Assembly: GCA_044350705.1 (NCBI GenBank)
Contig: JBILHA010000001.1
Location: 177,809-241,808 of the forward strand
Direction of reading: 5' to 3'
Length of the DNA stretch: 64,000 nt
DNA from: Candidatus Kapaibacterium sp.
GTDB lineage: Bacteria > Patescibacteriota > Patescibacteriia > UBA9934
Position numbers and translations under genes: made by a program. The stretch's first letter is position 1. Each line of letters begins with the position of its first letter. Positions 9,288 through 21,311 of this stretch are shown piece by piece. Below the pieces are notes generated by a model. The model worked only from the letters and a program-made list of their open reading frames with translations, had not been told where the DNA came from and ran no database searches.

Positions 9288-9321
9288 AAAAAAGATACTC
9301 GACGATCGAGTGTCTTTTTTG
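9288..9321 (+). terminator. Rho-independent terminator after hup
   Basis: Hairpin gatactcgacgatcgagtgtc (one G-U pair) followed by TTTTTT. Confidence 0.6.
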
Positions 9322-9323
9322 TT

Positions 9324-10646
9324 ATGAGTGCATTAACGCATGATGCTGCAGGAAGGGGAAAAAAGTATTGTACGCGCGCCTTCTTTTCGTTACCATTCGG
9401 CCGAATTTTTTACTGCATGTGTATGATCAAACGAATCTCTTGGATGTTCGGTTTTTTTGTTGTCGCTATTCTGTTGCTCTTGGGCATAGCGTCATGGTTC
9501 TTTTTACGTCCTCAAGAAGTACCTGAGCTTACTGCTGCCCAGCCTGCGGTGCGATCCTTGGTTGAAGATATGCTTGCCGCTCGTAAGGCGGAGCTTCTCT
9601 CCGCGCCTGATGATGTTTTCGGCAGTGAAGAGGAGATTAATATTCTCACGTTGGGTATTGATTCAAGAAAAGAAGGTACAGGGCAGCATTGTGATGCGAT
9701 TCATTTGGTTACCTTGAATATTGAAGAATGGACGATACGTATCACCTCTGTTCCTCGAGGAACGTATGCGGCACTTCCTGGGGGTGGAAAATATCAAGAC
9801 ACGGATTACTATATTGCGAATGCCTGCGCTTTTGGTGGTTTAGAGTATGGTATTGCGCAAATTGAGAAAATTACTGGAGTGAAGGCGGATTATGTTGCTA
9901 CGGTAGGATTTTCTCAGGCGCTTGGCATTTTCCGTACGATCGGTTTGCCTACGACGGAAACGTTGCAATGGCTTCGTCATCGTCAAAGTTACGCGATTGG
10001 AGATCCGCAGCGGAGCCAAAATCAGGCGACCTTTATGAAGGATGTCGCTCTTCAGCTTCTTGAAGGCGATGGGATTTCTACGCCACTTCTCTACATTCTT
10101 TATACCTTTATTGATACCGACCTCACGTTTGATCAGGTGCATTCGCTGTATCTTGCGTATCTTGCTTCGGGCATTGATGAACAACCTGAGCGTATTTCCT
10201 TTGACATGAAGCCGCATTACGATACCGAAATTTATCATTTTGATGCGTTGAATGCCGACGAGCAAATAGATACGCTTCTTGAGCATTTGCAGGGTCGATT
10301 GTCAGAAGAAGATTTATCGAACAAGTCTCTTGCAGAAATTCAGCGGGTGCTGATTGATTACCTTTACGACATGCTCGGAAGTAAAGAGCAGATTGCGCAG
10401 GTGTATCGTGATCAACTTTGGAGACAAGTGGAAGATGCGGCAATTCGGGAAGAGCTTCACTATCGTTTTTTGGAAAAATATGTTCGAGAAGTGAAAAATA
10501 CTGACCGAGAGGCCGCTGTGCAGGTGGTCACGGATTATGTACTCGAGATGCAATTTTTTGGACTTGAAGAGTGGGAGGCCCGTGGAAAGAACATCATGCG
10601 TACGCTTGTTGACGAGGAAGTTCCTTTGTCTTCTTCGGGAGAATAG
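9324..10646 (+). CDS. LytR-CpsA-Psr (LCP) family cell-envelope protein
   Basis: N-terminal TM, then LCP core (NILTLGIDSRKEGTGQHCDAIHLVTLNIEEW...ITSVPRGTYAALPGG...IANACAFGGLEYGIAQIEKITGVKADYVATVGFSQAL). Start uncertain: in-frame ATGs also at 9417/9423. No SD at any of them. Confidence 0.7.
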   Translation: MSALTHDAAGRGKKYCTRAFFSLPFGRIFYCMCMIKRISWMFGFFVVAILLLLGIASWFFLRPQEVPELTAAQPAVRSLVEDMLAARKAELLSAPDDVFGSEEEINILTLGIDSRKEGTGQHCDAIHLVTLNIEEWTIRITSVPRGTYAALPGGGKYQDTDYYIANACAFGGLEYGIAQIEKITGVKADYVATVGFSQALGIFRTIGLPTTETLQWLRHRQSYAIGDPQRSQNQATFMKDVALQLLEGDGISTPLLYILYTFIDTDLTFDQVHSLYLAYLASGIDEQPERISFDMKPHYDTEIYHFDALNADEQIDTLLEHLQGRLSEEDLSNKSLAEIQRVLIDYLYDMLGSKEQIAQVYRDQLWRQVEDAAIREELHYRFLEKYVREVKNTDREAAVQVVTDYVLEMQFFGLEEWEARGKNIMRTLVDEEVPLSSSGE

Positions 10647-10673
10647 CGCGTAGCTCCGGTCCCTTCTTTTTAC

Positions 10674-10702
10674 TTGCGAATCTTTGCGCTCCCGGCTATA
10701 CT
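10674..10702 (+). promoter_or_regulatory. Sigma70-like promoter of the ATP synthase operon (TTGCGA-17-TATACT)
   Basis: ttgcga (10674-10679), 17-nt spacer, tatact (10697-10702). Predicted TSS about 10709. First ATG of the operon is at 10711, implying a leaderless or near-leaderless first cistron. Confidence 0.45.
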
Positions 10703-10710
10703 TTCGCCAT

Positions 10711-10908
10711 ATGTTTTCTTGGCGTTTTCGCCTTGTTGCCATAGGAACCACCCTTCTTTGTGCGGGCATTGCTTTTCTTGGGACGTTTTTTTTCCTTGGA
10801 AGATCTCTTGCCCCTTCTTGGCCATATTTTTTGAGTATGGTCGTATCTGCCCTTGTTACGCAAATTATCCTTGTTTTTCTCATGCCTCGCATTGTTCGAG
10901 GGAAGTAA
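10711..10908 (+). CDS. Small two-TM membrane protein preceding atpB (AtpI/AtpZ-like, hypothetical)
   Basis: 65 aa from ATG 10711 (MFSWRFRLVAIGTTLLCAGIAFLGTFFFLG...LSMVVSALVTQIILVFLM). Two hydrophobic helices. Position is typical of atpI/atpZ. The ORF track version starts at a TTG (10684) inside the promoter. Confidence 0.4.
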   Translation: MFSWRFRLVAIGTTLLCAGIAFLGTFFFLGRSLAPSWPYFLSMVVSALVTQIILVFLMPRIVRGK

Positions 10909-10911
10909 TTT

Positions 10912-11697
10912 ATGATTGACGTCGTTCTTGCTCCACGCGAGTACGTTACCTGGGGACCTTTCATGATTACTGATGCCAATCTTGGAGCACTTATTTCCAC
11001 GTTTCTTCTCGTGCTTCTTGTTGCGTTTGGCATGAAGAAATTTACGTTGGTACCTACGCGTTTGCAGGTTATTGTGGAAGGTGCGATTGATGTGGTGTAT
11101 AGCCGATTGCTTTCTGCATTTGGTAATGATAAGGATGTTCGTTCGTTTTTACCGCTGTTCGTTTCGTTGCTCTTTTTTATTTTTGTTGCGAATCAGCTCA
11201 CGCTCATGCCGTTCATGTTTGATATTTTGTGGGGTGATGCGGCGCTTGTTCGTCAACCGACATCAGATTTATCTGGTACGATCGTTCTTGCTGCGCTTGT
11301 AGTGATTACTGCGAATATTTTGTCATTTCGTGCATCACCGTGGGGACATGCCCGTACGTTTTTTCCTCTTGATACCTTATTTCGTGCGCGATCATTTGGT
11401 GCATTTTTCCAAGCGTGTATCGATGTTGCACTTGGTCTTCTTAATATCATTGGTGAAATTGCAAAGGTTATTTCACTTTCTTGCCGTTTGTTTGGAAATA
11501 TTTTTGCAGGAAATGTTATCGTTCTTGTTTTGGCGGGCATTACCGCGTTTACGGGATACATTGTCCCCATTCCATTTCTCGTATTGAGTATCTTTTCTGG
11601 CCTTGTGCAGGCCTACGTATTTACTGCACTTTCTATGGAATTTACGCTTGGTCCTGTGCTTGGTGCGCGTGCGTATCGTGAGGCGGTGAAAAACTAA
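10912..11697 (+). CDS. atpB: F0F1 ATP synthase subunit a
   Basis: Multi-TM protein with the conserved Arg motif LSCRLFGNIFAGNVIVLVL. RBS GGGAAG 5 nt upstream. Confidence 0.9.
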   Translation: MIDVVLAPREYVTWGPFMITDANLGALISTFLLVLLVAFGMKKFTLVPTRLQVIVEGAIDVVYSRLLSAFGNDKDVRSFLPLFVSLLFFIFVANQLTLMPFMFDILWGDAALVRQPTSDLSGTIVLAALVVITANILSFRASPWGHARTFFPLDTLFRARSFGAFFQACIDVALGLLNIIGEIAKVISLSCRLFGNIFAGNVIVLVLAGITAFTGYIVPIPFLVLSIFSGLVQAYVFTALSMEFTLGPVLGARAYREAVKN

Positions 11698-11757
11698 TTT
11701 GCATTTTTTCACAAAGCCTTCATACTATATTCGTCTTAAAATTATTTTTTCCATTTT

Positions 11758-11988
11758 ATGGATGCAGAAGCAGCACGTTACATGGCAGCAGGTCTTTGTA
11801 TGGGTATTGGTTCTATCGCACCAGCACTTGCCGAAGGTTTTGTTGCAGGAAAGGCAATGGAATCCATCGGTCGTAATCCAGAGGTAAGCGATAAAATCAC
11901 CCCAACCATGATTACCGCAATGGCAATTTGTGAATCTACGGGTATTTACGCACTTATCATCTCTCTTCTTATTCTCTTCGTCGCGTAA
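11758..11988 (+). CDS. atpE: F0F1 ATP synthase subunit c
   Basis: 76 aa hairpin proteolipid: GLCMGIGSIAPALAEGFVAGKAMESIGRNPE...AMAICESTGIYALIISLLILF, with the conserved carboxylate in ICES. Confidence 0.9.
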   Translation: MDAEAARYMAAGLCMGIGSIAPALAEGFVAGKAMESIGRNPEVSDKITPTMITAMAICESTGIYALIISLLILFVA

Positions 11989-12005
11989 GCGAATTTTGCC
12001 AAGGT

Positions 12006-12503
12006 ATGGAAGCTTCGGGTATTGCAAAGCTCGGCATTAACTGGCAGAGCATGCTGCTCTACTTCGTGAACTTTGGCGTTCTCTTTTTCGTGCTCAGGCA
12101 CTTTTTAGGAAAAAAGGTGCTCGTTCTTTTGGATGAACGGAGAAATCGTATTGCCGAGAGCGTTGAAGCCGCGGATCGTTTAAAGAAAGAGGTTGAGCAA
12201 GAGCGTGGTCGATTGGCCGAGGAAATGCACGAGCTTCGTACGCAGTTTGCATATGAGACTTTGCAAATGCGCAAAGGCTTGGAAGAAGAGCGGGCAAAGG
12301 CACTTGCACATGTAGAAGAGTACCGCGCACAAGCGCTTGCCCAGGTTGAGGCAGAGGCAAAAAGTGTTCGCGCGCGCATGTTTTCCGATATGCAAGAGGA
12401 AATTCGTTCCGTTGTTGCTGAAATGACCTTGCGTATTCTTGGAGATCGTATTTCTTCAGAGGATATTGATCGAGCTGCACATAATTCGCGGAAGTCGGTA
12501 TGA
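12006..12503 (+). CDS. atpF: F0F1 ATP synthase subunit b
   Basis: N-terminal TM then long charged coiled-coil (RIAESVEAADRLKKEVEQERGRLAEEMHELR...). Position between atpE and atpH. Confidence 0.8.
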   Translation: MEASGIAKLGINWQSMLLYFVNFGVLFFVLRHFLGKKVLVLLDERRNRIAESVEAADRLKKEVEQERGRLAEEMHELRTQFAYETLQMRKGLEEERAKALAHVEEYRAQALAQVEAEAKSVRARMFSDMQEEIRSVVAEMTLRILGDRISSEDIDRAAHNSRKSV

Positions 12504-12994
12504 TGACTGATGTTTTTTGCGCCTATTTGCTCGATACATGGAATAATTCCTCGTCTGTTGAGCGAGATCCTCTTTTCCTTTCTGTTCTTGCGGGGAGGAT
12601 GTCTTTTGGGGCTGCGATCAAAAAGGCGAGATTTCGCTCTCATGAATTCGTATTGCTTTTTGCAAGTTTTCTTGAACGGCCCGATCTTGCTGAAAGAAAA
12701 GCTTACCCGCTTTTTTTCCAGGCACTTGATCGCGTTGCTCGTGTTACTCAGGCTGATGAACGGAAGAGGATTCATTGGGATCGTGAATGCCTTTTGTTTG
12801 CTCAGGCATTGGGAAGGTCGGTTACTCGGTTGCAAGTTGCATCTTCTGCGCAGGCACCGTCTTATTCATTTGGGACATTTGTGCGTGTGTATCGACAGCT
12901 TTTAGGAGGTTCGCGTACGTTTCATCATAGCTCGCTTCTTGATGCGAGTTGGATAGGTCGTGTACGTGCATTCACTCAACGAATTACGTTCTAG
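12500..12994 (+). CDS. atpH: F0F1 ATP synthase subunit delta (OSCP), divergent
   Basis: 164-aa ORF in the canonical delta position between atpF and atpA, overlapping atpF stop by 4 nt. Sequence is divergent, so the call rests mainly on synteny. Confidence 0.55.
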   Translation: MMTDVFCAYLLDTWNNSSSVERDPLFLSVLAGRMSFGAAIKKARFRSHEFVLLFASFLERPDLAERKAYPLFFQALDRVARVTQADERKRIHWDRECLLFAQALGRSVTRLQVASSAQAPSYSFGTFVRVYRQLLGGSRTFHHSSLLDASWIGRVRAFTQRITF

Positions 12995-12995
12995 T

Positions 12996-14502
12996 ATGGA
13001 TATTTCCCCCCAAAAAATTAGTGAAGCATTCGCTCAGGCGCTTGCCCGTGATACGGCCGAGCAGCAGGTAGATCGTGTTGGTGTTGTCGAAACCATGAAA
13101 GATGGTGTTGCGCGCATTGTCGGTATTTCCGGTGTGGTAATGGGCGAGGTGCTTGAAGTACACGATGGCGCCCCTGTTCGTCTTTTGGCCATGGATATTG
13201 ATACTGAAGGGGTATATGCCCTTGTTCTTGATACCGCGCAAGAGGTTCGCGAAGGTACTGCGGTCCGTGCTACGGGTGAGCGTCTTTCGCTTCCGGTTGG
13301 CGATGCGTTGTTTGGTCGAGTTGTTGATCCGCTCGGTCGTCCGCTTGATGGGCTCGGGGAGGTGAAAACTGCTCAGCGTGGATTTTTGGAATCTCCTGCT
13401 CCTTCGGTTATGGAGCGAAAGAGCGTGCACGAGCCTTTGCAAACTGGAATTTTGGCTATTGATGCCATGATCCCTATTGGTCGTGGTCAGCGTGAGTTGA
13501 TTATCGGTGATAGAAAAACGGGAAAATCGAGTGTTGCATTTTCTACCATTCTTGAACAAAAGAAAGCGGGTGTTTTCTGTATTTATGTAGCTGTTGGTCA
13601 GCGCGAAGCTGCGGTTGCTGAGTTCGTTGAGCGTCTTCGTCAAACGGGTGCTCTGTCGTATACGGCGGTTATTTCCGCGAGTGCATCTGCTCCGGCGACG
13701 TTGCAGTATCTTGCGCCGTACGCAGGTGCCGCTCTTGGCGAATACATTATGCGTTCCGGTCGTCATGCAGTAGTTATTTATGACGATCTTTCCAAGCATG
13801 CGGTTGCGTACCGTGAAGTTTCGCTTCTTTTGCGCCGTCCGCCAGGACGTGAGGCATATCCTGGAGATGTTTTCTTCTTGCATTCGCGGCTTTTGGAGCG
13901 CGCTGCAAAGCTCTCTGATGAGTTGGGTGGAGGATCTCTCACTGCGCTTCCGATCATTGAAACTCAAGCAGGCGACGTTTCTGCTTACATTCCTACGAAC
14001 GTCATCTCTATCACCGATGGTCAGATCTTCCTTGATCGAAGTTTGTTTAATTCGGGTATTCTTCCCGCGATCAACATTGGTATTTCGGTTTCTCGTGTGG
14101 GAGGTGCCGCGCAAACAAATCTCATGAAGAAGGTTTCCGGATCTTCAAAGCTTGAATTGGCGCAGTATTACGAATTGGCGGCATTCTCTCAATTCGCGAG
14201 TGAGCTTGATGATAGTGCTCAGCAGCAGCTTCGTCGCGGAGAGCGTGTGGTAGAGGTTCTGAAGCAAGGCGCTGATCAGCGATATGCGGTTTGGGAGGGT
14301 TCACTCTTGTTGTACGCGGTTTCTCAGGGTTATTTTGATTCTATTCCTCGTGGAGATGTGCTCCGTGTAAAGGACGCGTTCCTTTTGCAAGTTGCTCGCA
14401 GTGAGAAAGATCTTGTTGATCGACTTGAAACGCAGCCGGTCTTGAATGATGAAGTAAAATCTCGATTTGCCGAACTCTTGAAGAAGTATCCGGCGCAGTC
14501 GT

Positions 14503-14516
<14 letters not shown>
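12996..14516 (+). CDS. atpA: F0F1 ATP synthase subunit alpha
   Basis: Walker A GDRKTGKS. Strong alpha-subunit similarity throughout (LIIGDRKTGKSSVAFSTILEQK...ALPIIETQAGDVSAYIPTNVISITDGQIFL). ATG 12996 chosen (ORF track GTG at 12960 overlaps atpH). Confidence 0.95.
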
Positions 14517-16798
<2,282 letters not shown>

Positions 16799-16801
16799 CG
16801 T

Positions 16802-17215
16802 ATGCGTTGCGAGCTTATTACTCCTTCAGCTTCGTTCGAGCGCACGTTTACGGACGTGCGTTCGGTCCGAGGTGCTTCACAAACCGGAGCGCTAGAAATT
16901 TTTTCCGGTCACGTGCCTTTTTATGCAACGGGGAACGCTTCGCCTTTGCATGTTCTTCAGCAAGATGGGCGTGAGGAAATTTTCCTTCTCCTTCGTCCGA
17001 CATATCGGGTCTGGCAAGATGAACAGGGGGAGACGGTGGTTACGGTGGCTGCACAACAGGCTTTTTTGCGTGAAGTAGATGTTCACATTTCGTTGCGTAC
17101 GTATGTTGAGCGTTTGCGTGAGATACTTTCTACGCATGAAGCCTCATCGCATGAGAAGATCTTTTTAGAGGAAGAGCTTCTGCTCACTTCAAAACTGGTT
17201 CAGGATGAAAAATAA
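16802..17215 (+). CDS. atpC: F0F1 ATP synthase subunit epsilon
   Basis: 137 aa. N-terminal beta-sandwich pattern (LEIFSGHVPFYATG) and C-terminal helical region. Last gene of the operon. Confidence 0.85.
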   Translation: MRCELITPSASFERTFTDVRSVRGASQTGALEIFSGHVPFYATGNASPLHVLQQDGREEIFLLLRPTYRVWQDEQGETVVTVAAQQAFLREVDVHISLRTYVERLREILSTHEASSHEKIFLEEELLLTSKLVQDEK

Positions 17216-17250
17216 AAAAATCTCCAGAAATATTTCTGGAGATTTTTTTA
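17213..17250. terminator. Bidirectional rho-independent terminator (atp operon end / rpmB end)
   Basis: aaaaaaa-atctccagaaatatttctggagat-ttttttt: a perfect 10-bp stem with A7 and T7 flanks. Confidence 0.7.
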
Positions 17251-17478
17251 TGCTACGAAAGAGCGGAGATCAACCTTCTTTCCTTCCGCGAGCCACTTGT
17301 TGAGGGTGCGGAGTGCACGACCGGTTACCAATACCTTCATTGCCTTTCCTGTTGCAGGATTGATGACCGTTTTCTTTTGCAGATTCGGCATCTGGCGGCG
17401 CTTGGTTTTGCGGTTGGAGTGCGAAACGTTGTTTCCAACGAGGGGCTTCTTGCCCGTAATTGCACAAACTTTAGCCAT
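17248..17478 (-). CDS. rpmB: 50S ribosomal protein L28
   Basis: [36 protein letters not shown].... Start chosen at the MAKVC Met. ORF track extends 12 codons upstream to 17514. Confidence 0.8.
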   Translation of the reverse strand: MAKVCAITGKKPLVGNNVSHSNRKTKRRQMPNLQKKTVINPATGKAMKVLVTGRALRTLNKWLAEGKKVDLRSFVA

Positions 17479-17680
17479 AAGAGAAAACTTTTTTATTTTG
17501 TCTCTTTCCGGCATGCTCCTTGAAAGTTTCGACGGCGTACGAAATAGTACGTCTTGACGATTCTTTCGGCGTCGCGAGCCGAAAATAGCTTAAAATAAAG
17601 AAAGTTTTTAAAATTAAGAACGCAAATACTGTATCTTATCTGGGAAAATTTGGCAAGTAAACAGGGTATACTATCCCCAT

Positions 17681-19042
17681 ATGCGTTCTTCGTTTGTAGG
17701 GAGGGAGGGGGATGGGCTCGCGCACGTTGTTGCGGTGAGTATGGGATACGGGCACGAGCGTGCGGCTTTTGGCCTTCGGCATTTGGCGAAAGGAAAGGTA
17801 GTTCTTGCGAATGCGTACGAGGGTATTCCTCAGGGGGATCATTTTCTTTGGCATGAGGGAAGAAGGTGGTATGAACGTATCTCCCGGTTTAAGAAGGTGC
17901 CGATGATGGGGAAATGGGTCTTTGGCGCCATGGATCACTTGCAGCGCATTGATGACTTTTATCCTCGGAGAGACTTATCTGAGCCTACGCTTCAGTTGAG
18001 GCAGACGTATGGTCTTTTGCGGGGCAAGGGATGGGGAAGGCATCTGGTCGAGCAACTTGCAAAGGATCGGAAGCCGCTCGTCTCTACATTTATGACCCCT
18101 GCATTTGCGGCGGAAGAATTCGGGTATCCCGAAGATATTTATCTGGTTACTTGCGATGCTGATGTTAGTCGTGGATGGGCTCCCTTACGGCCCCAAAAAA
18201 GTCGTATCCAGTATATTGCTCCTACGGGAAGAGTTGCAGAGCGCTTACAGCTTTACGGAGTTCCTAAGAGGAATATTCATCTTACGGGCTTTCCTCTTCC
18301 TCCGGAAAATATTGGCGGTCAAGATCCGAAGACCCTTTTGCAGGATCTTAATCGTCGACTTTGTCTTCTTGATTCGCAAGGAGTCTTCGCGCAATGGGCA
18401 TCTCCTATGCTTGCCGCTTCGCTTGGAGAAGGATTTTGTGAGTGGCCACGGAAGCGGGCTACCCCGCTCCATGTAGCTTTTGCAGTTGGTGGTGCTGGCG
18501 CACAGGTTGATCTTGGTATCGCGCTCCTTCGTTCGCTTGCAAAAGATATCCATGCAGGGCGGGTGGTTCTCACGCTTATTGCTGGAACGCTTGAGCATAT
18601 TGGTAAACAATTTCTTGATGCAGTTCGTGCTGCTGATCTCGATCGGGCGCTTCAGACCGGAGGCGTTGTGGTCCTGTGCGAGCGCGAACGACATGTATAT
18701 TTTACTGCTTTTGGAGATACGATGAGGAAAGTTGACGTACTTATCACGAAGCCTTCCGAACTTTCGTTTTATGTTGGTTTGGGCATTCCGCTTATTATGA
18801 CCGAGCCGGTGGGAAGTCAGGAATTGTTTAATCGATCGTGGCTCTTTCAAGTGGGCGCGGGAGCGGATATGCTTGATCCCCATTTTGCGCATGAATGGCT
18901 GTGGGACTGGGTTGCTTCGGGCGCGTTAGCGCGTATGGCATGGATGGGATTTATGAATGCTCCCACGCATGGTGCATACCGTATTGAAGATCTTATTCGA
19001 GGAAAAACGGCAACTATGCACCCTTTGCCACTTATTGTGTAA
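17681..19042 (+). CDS. GT28-like (MGDG synthase/UgtP-like) glycosyltransferase, divergent
   Basis: N-terminal HVVAVSMGYGHERAAFGL resembles the G-x-GH motif of MGDG-synthase-family GT-B enzymes. C-terminal VDVLITKPSELSFYVGLGIPLIMTEPVGSQELFNRSWL resembles the GT-B C-domain nucleotide-sugar pocket. Pattern-level only. Confidence 0.5.
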   Translation: MRSSFVGREGDGLAHVVAVSMGYGHERAAFGLRHLAKGKVVLANAYEGIPQGDHFLWHEGRRWYERISRFKKVPMMGKWVFGAMDHLQRIDDFYPRRDLSEPTLQLRQTYGLLRGKGWGRHLVEQLAKDRKPLVSTFMTPAFAAEEFGYPEDIYLVTCDADVSRGWAPLRPQKSRIQYIAPTGRVAERLQLYGVPKRNIHLTGFPLPPENIGGQDPKTLLQDLNRRLCLLDSQGVFAQWASPMLAASLGEGFCEWPRKRATPLHVAFAVGGAGAQVDLGIALLRSLAKDIHAGRVVLTLIAGTLEHIGKQFLDAVRAADLDRALQTGGVVVLCERERHVYFTAFGDTMRKVDVLITKPSELSFYVGLGIPLIMTEPVGSQELFNRSWLFQVGAGADMLDPHFAHEWLWDWVASGALARMAWMGFMNAPTHGAYRIEDLIRGKTATMHPLPLIV

Positions 19043-19053
19043 GATAGGAACTC

Positions 19054-19743
19054 TTGTATAACACATGTCTTATGAAACTCACTCCTTCCCAGCAGCGTCT
19101 TCTTCTGAATCTTCAAAAACGTAAAGAGCGTGAGCGTTTGGGTTTATGTATCGTGGAAGGAGAAAAGTTTGTGCATGATGTAAAGGAATTTGTAGAATTT
19201 TCTTTTACTGATCGTGATACGCCCATTTTTAGAGAAATTATTACGACGGAAAATCCTCAGCGGAGTGCGGCTGTGGCGCGTATTCCAAAGTGGACCATGG
19301 AGGACGTTCTTGCCCGTTCCACCGTTCTCGTTCTTGATGCGGTGCAAGATCCAGGAAACGTAGGAACACTTTTGCGCCTTGCTTTGGGATTTGATGCGGG
19401 CATCATTCTTGTTGAGTCTGCGGAAGTATCAAATCCTAAGACGGTTCGTGCTTCAGCGGGCGCTCTATTTTATGCACCGTGGGTGACGGTGGGGCGAGAA
19501 GAAATAGAGGATGTTCTTCAGGACGCCGAGCGGCCGTTATATCGTCTCGAGTTGAAAAAAGGTGCAATTTCTCCAGAACAACTTCCTGAAGGGCAGCTTG
19601 TTCTCGTGGTCGGGAGTGAGGGGAAGGGTATTCGTATTGGCGCGCGAGGCACGTCGGTTGCCGTTCGTCACCATCCTCGTCTTGAATCTCTTAACGTCGC
19701 AGTGGCAACGGGGATTGTGTTACATGCGCGCTATCATGCTTAG
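19054..19743 (+). CDS. SpoU/TrmH-family RNA 2'-O-methyltransferase
   Basis: SPOUT motifs VLVLDAVQDPGNVGTLLRLALGFDAGIIL, LVLVVGSEGKGI and LNVAVATGIVL. Confidence 0.8.
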   Translation: MYNTCLMKLTPSQQRLLLNLQKRKERERLGLCIVEGEKFVHDVKEFVEFSFTDRDTPIFREIITTENPQRSAAVARIPKWTMEDVLARSTVLVLDAVQDPGNVGTLLRLALGFDAGIILVESAEVSNPKTVRASAGALFYAPWVTVGREEIEDVLQDAERPLYRLELKKGAISPEQLPEGQLVLVVGSEGKGIRIGARGTSVAVRHHPRLESLNVAVATGIVLHARYHA

Positions 19744-19746
19744 TCT

Positions 19747-20925
19747 ATGTTTTCTGTTCTCTCCCAACATGGCGACGCACGTACCGGGGTACTTTTAACG
19801 CAGTCAGGCGCTATTGAAACGCCGGTATTCATGCCTATTGCTACTGCTGGCGCAGTGAAGACGCTGACGGCTGACGAGGTAAAGAGTTTGGGTGCGTCGG
19901 TCATTCTTGGGAACACGTATCATCTCCTTCTTCGTCCTGGCGTTGAGATGCTTCGCAGGGTTGGGGGCATGAAGTCGCTCATGGGCTGGCATGGTCCGAT
20001 GCTTACCGATAGCGGAGGGTATCAGGTGTTTAGTTTGGCAACGCTTAATGCGACAGATGAAGAAGGGGTGACGTTTCAGTCGCATCTTGATGGAGCTTCG
20101 ATTCGTTTGACGCCAGAGATTTCGATGGATGTTCAAGCGGCGATTGGGTCTGATATTCGCATGCAATTCGATGATGTAGCCGCAGGAACCTCGCCACGAC
20201 AGCGATATCAGGAGGCGATGGAGCGATCCTTGCGCTGGGCACGGGGATCAAAGGAGGCGTTTGAGAAGATTCTTGAGCAAGAGGGGAAGGGCTTTGATGA
20301 GTTTTCTGGTCGTCCGCTGTTGTTTGGCATAGTGCAGGGAGGAACGCACGAAGATTTGCGTCATTCTTCTGCGGTAGGACTTCGAGACATTGGTTTTGAC
20401 GGGTATGCAATCGGCGGGCTCTCTGTTGGCGAGCAGCGAGAAGATGCGTTTCGGATTGCCAAGCGAACGGTGTGGGATTTACCGGTTGAGCAGCCGCGTT
20501 ATTTTATGGGAGGAGGCATGCCTGAGGAGATTGTGTATTACGTTTCGGTGGGCGTTGATATGTTTGATTGTGTACTTCCGACGCGTAATGCACGTCATGG
20601 ACAGCTGTTTGTGTGGAAAGGGGAGCCTGAAGGATGTGTTCGGGAAGCATTTCATCGTGCGCAAGAAGGTGCCGCAGATACGCGCATCGCTGAGGCGCTT
20701 TATGAGAAAATCAATATTACCAATGAACGGTTTACCGCGGATCTCGCTCCGATCGATTCGTATAGTGATATGCCGACATCGCTTCATTTTTCACGCGCGT
20801 ATTTGCGACATCTCTTCCGTACCGGCGAAGTACTCGGTCTTCGTTTAGCTACTGCGCAAAATATTCGGTTTTATATCCGCATGATGGAGGAGCTTCGAAA
20901 GGTTATTCGAGAAGGGGGAGCGTAA
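19747..20925 (+). CDS. tgt: Queuine tRNA-ribosyltransferase
   Basis: TGT motifs: TPVFMPIATAGAVK, LTDSGGYQVFSL (catalytic Asp), GLSVGE, CVLPTRNARHGQLF (zinc site region). Confidence 0.9.
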   Translation: MFSVLSQHGDARTGVLLTQSGAIETPVFMPIATAGAVKTLTADEVKSLGASVILGNTYHLLLRPGVEMLRRVGGMKSLMGWHGPMLTDSGGYQVFSLATLNATDEEGVTFQSHLDGASIRLTPEISMDVQAAIGSDIRMQFDDVAAGTSPRQRYQEAMERSLRWARGSKEAFEKILEQEGKGFDEFSGRPLLFGIVQGGTHEDLRHSSAVGLRDIGFDGYAIGGLSVGEQREDAFRIAKRTVWDLPVEQPRYFMGGGMPEEIVYYVSVGVDMFDCVLPTRNARHGQLFVWKGEPEGCVREAFHRAQEGAADTRIAEALYEKINITNERFTADLAPIDSYSDMPTSLHFSRAYLRHLFRTGEVLGLRLATAQNIRFYIRMMEELRKVIREGGA

Positions 20926-20927
20926 GA

Positions 20928-21311
20928 ATGCTATACTTCCCGCATATGGCAATGGGGGAAGTGTTAGGCGCGGTGGGAATAACGGCGGTTAAAGATGTCG
21001 TTCTGTTTCCATTATGGTGGTACACCAAGGGCATCGTGTACATGCTTGATAAGCTTTGGCTCTCTGCGCGACGGCAGTCGGCGAATTTTGCAGTCGGTAT
21101 TTGGATTAAGAATCTTTTTGTTCCCATGTACGGTCAATACGATTGGCAGGGGCGTATTATTAGTTTTGTAGTGCGTTTAGTGCAGATTATTGTGCGGTCG
21201 ATCGCGTATAGTATTTGGCTTATGATCCTTGCTCTTCTTGCGGTTGTGTATTTAGTTATTCCGCTCATTTTCATAGGAGGAGTTGTTTTTCATGCTGATC
21301 TTGCCGTATGA
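20928..21311 (+). CDS. Hypothetical small membrane protein
   Basis: 127 aa with 2-3 hydrophobic helices. Tightly packed between tgt and the Clp-like gene. Confidence 0.4.
   Translation: MLYFPHMAMGEVLGAVGITAVKDVVLFPLWWYTKGIVYMLDKLWLSARRQSANFAVGIWIKNLFVPMYGQYDWQGRIISFVVRLVQIIVRSIAYSIWLMILALLAVVYLVIPLIFIGGVVFHADLAV

Noticed and set aside
12984-14114. 376-aa minus-strand ORF antisense to atpA
   Set aside because: Lies entirely inside the strongly supported atpA coding region on the opposite strand. Arg/Asn-rich translation with no motif. Typical shadow ORF.
17553-17600. TTGACG box and ttcggc-gtcgcga-gccgaa hairpin in the rpmB / GT28 divergent intergenic region as a promoter or operator
   Set aside because: No acceptable -10 hexamer at 16-18 nt spacing on either strand. 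Left as unassigned intergenic structure.
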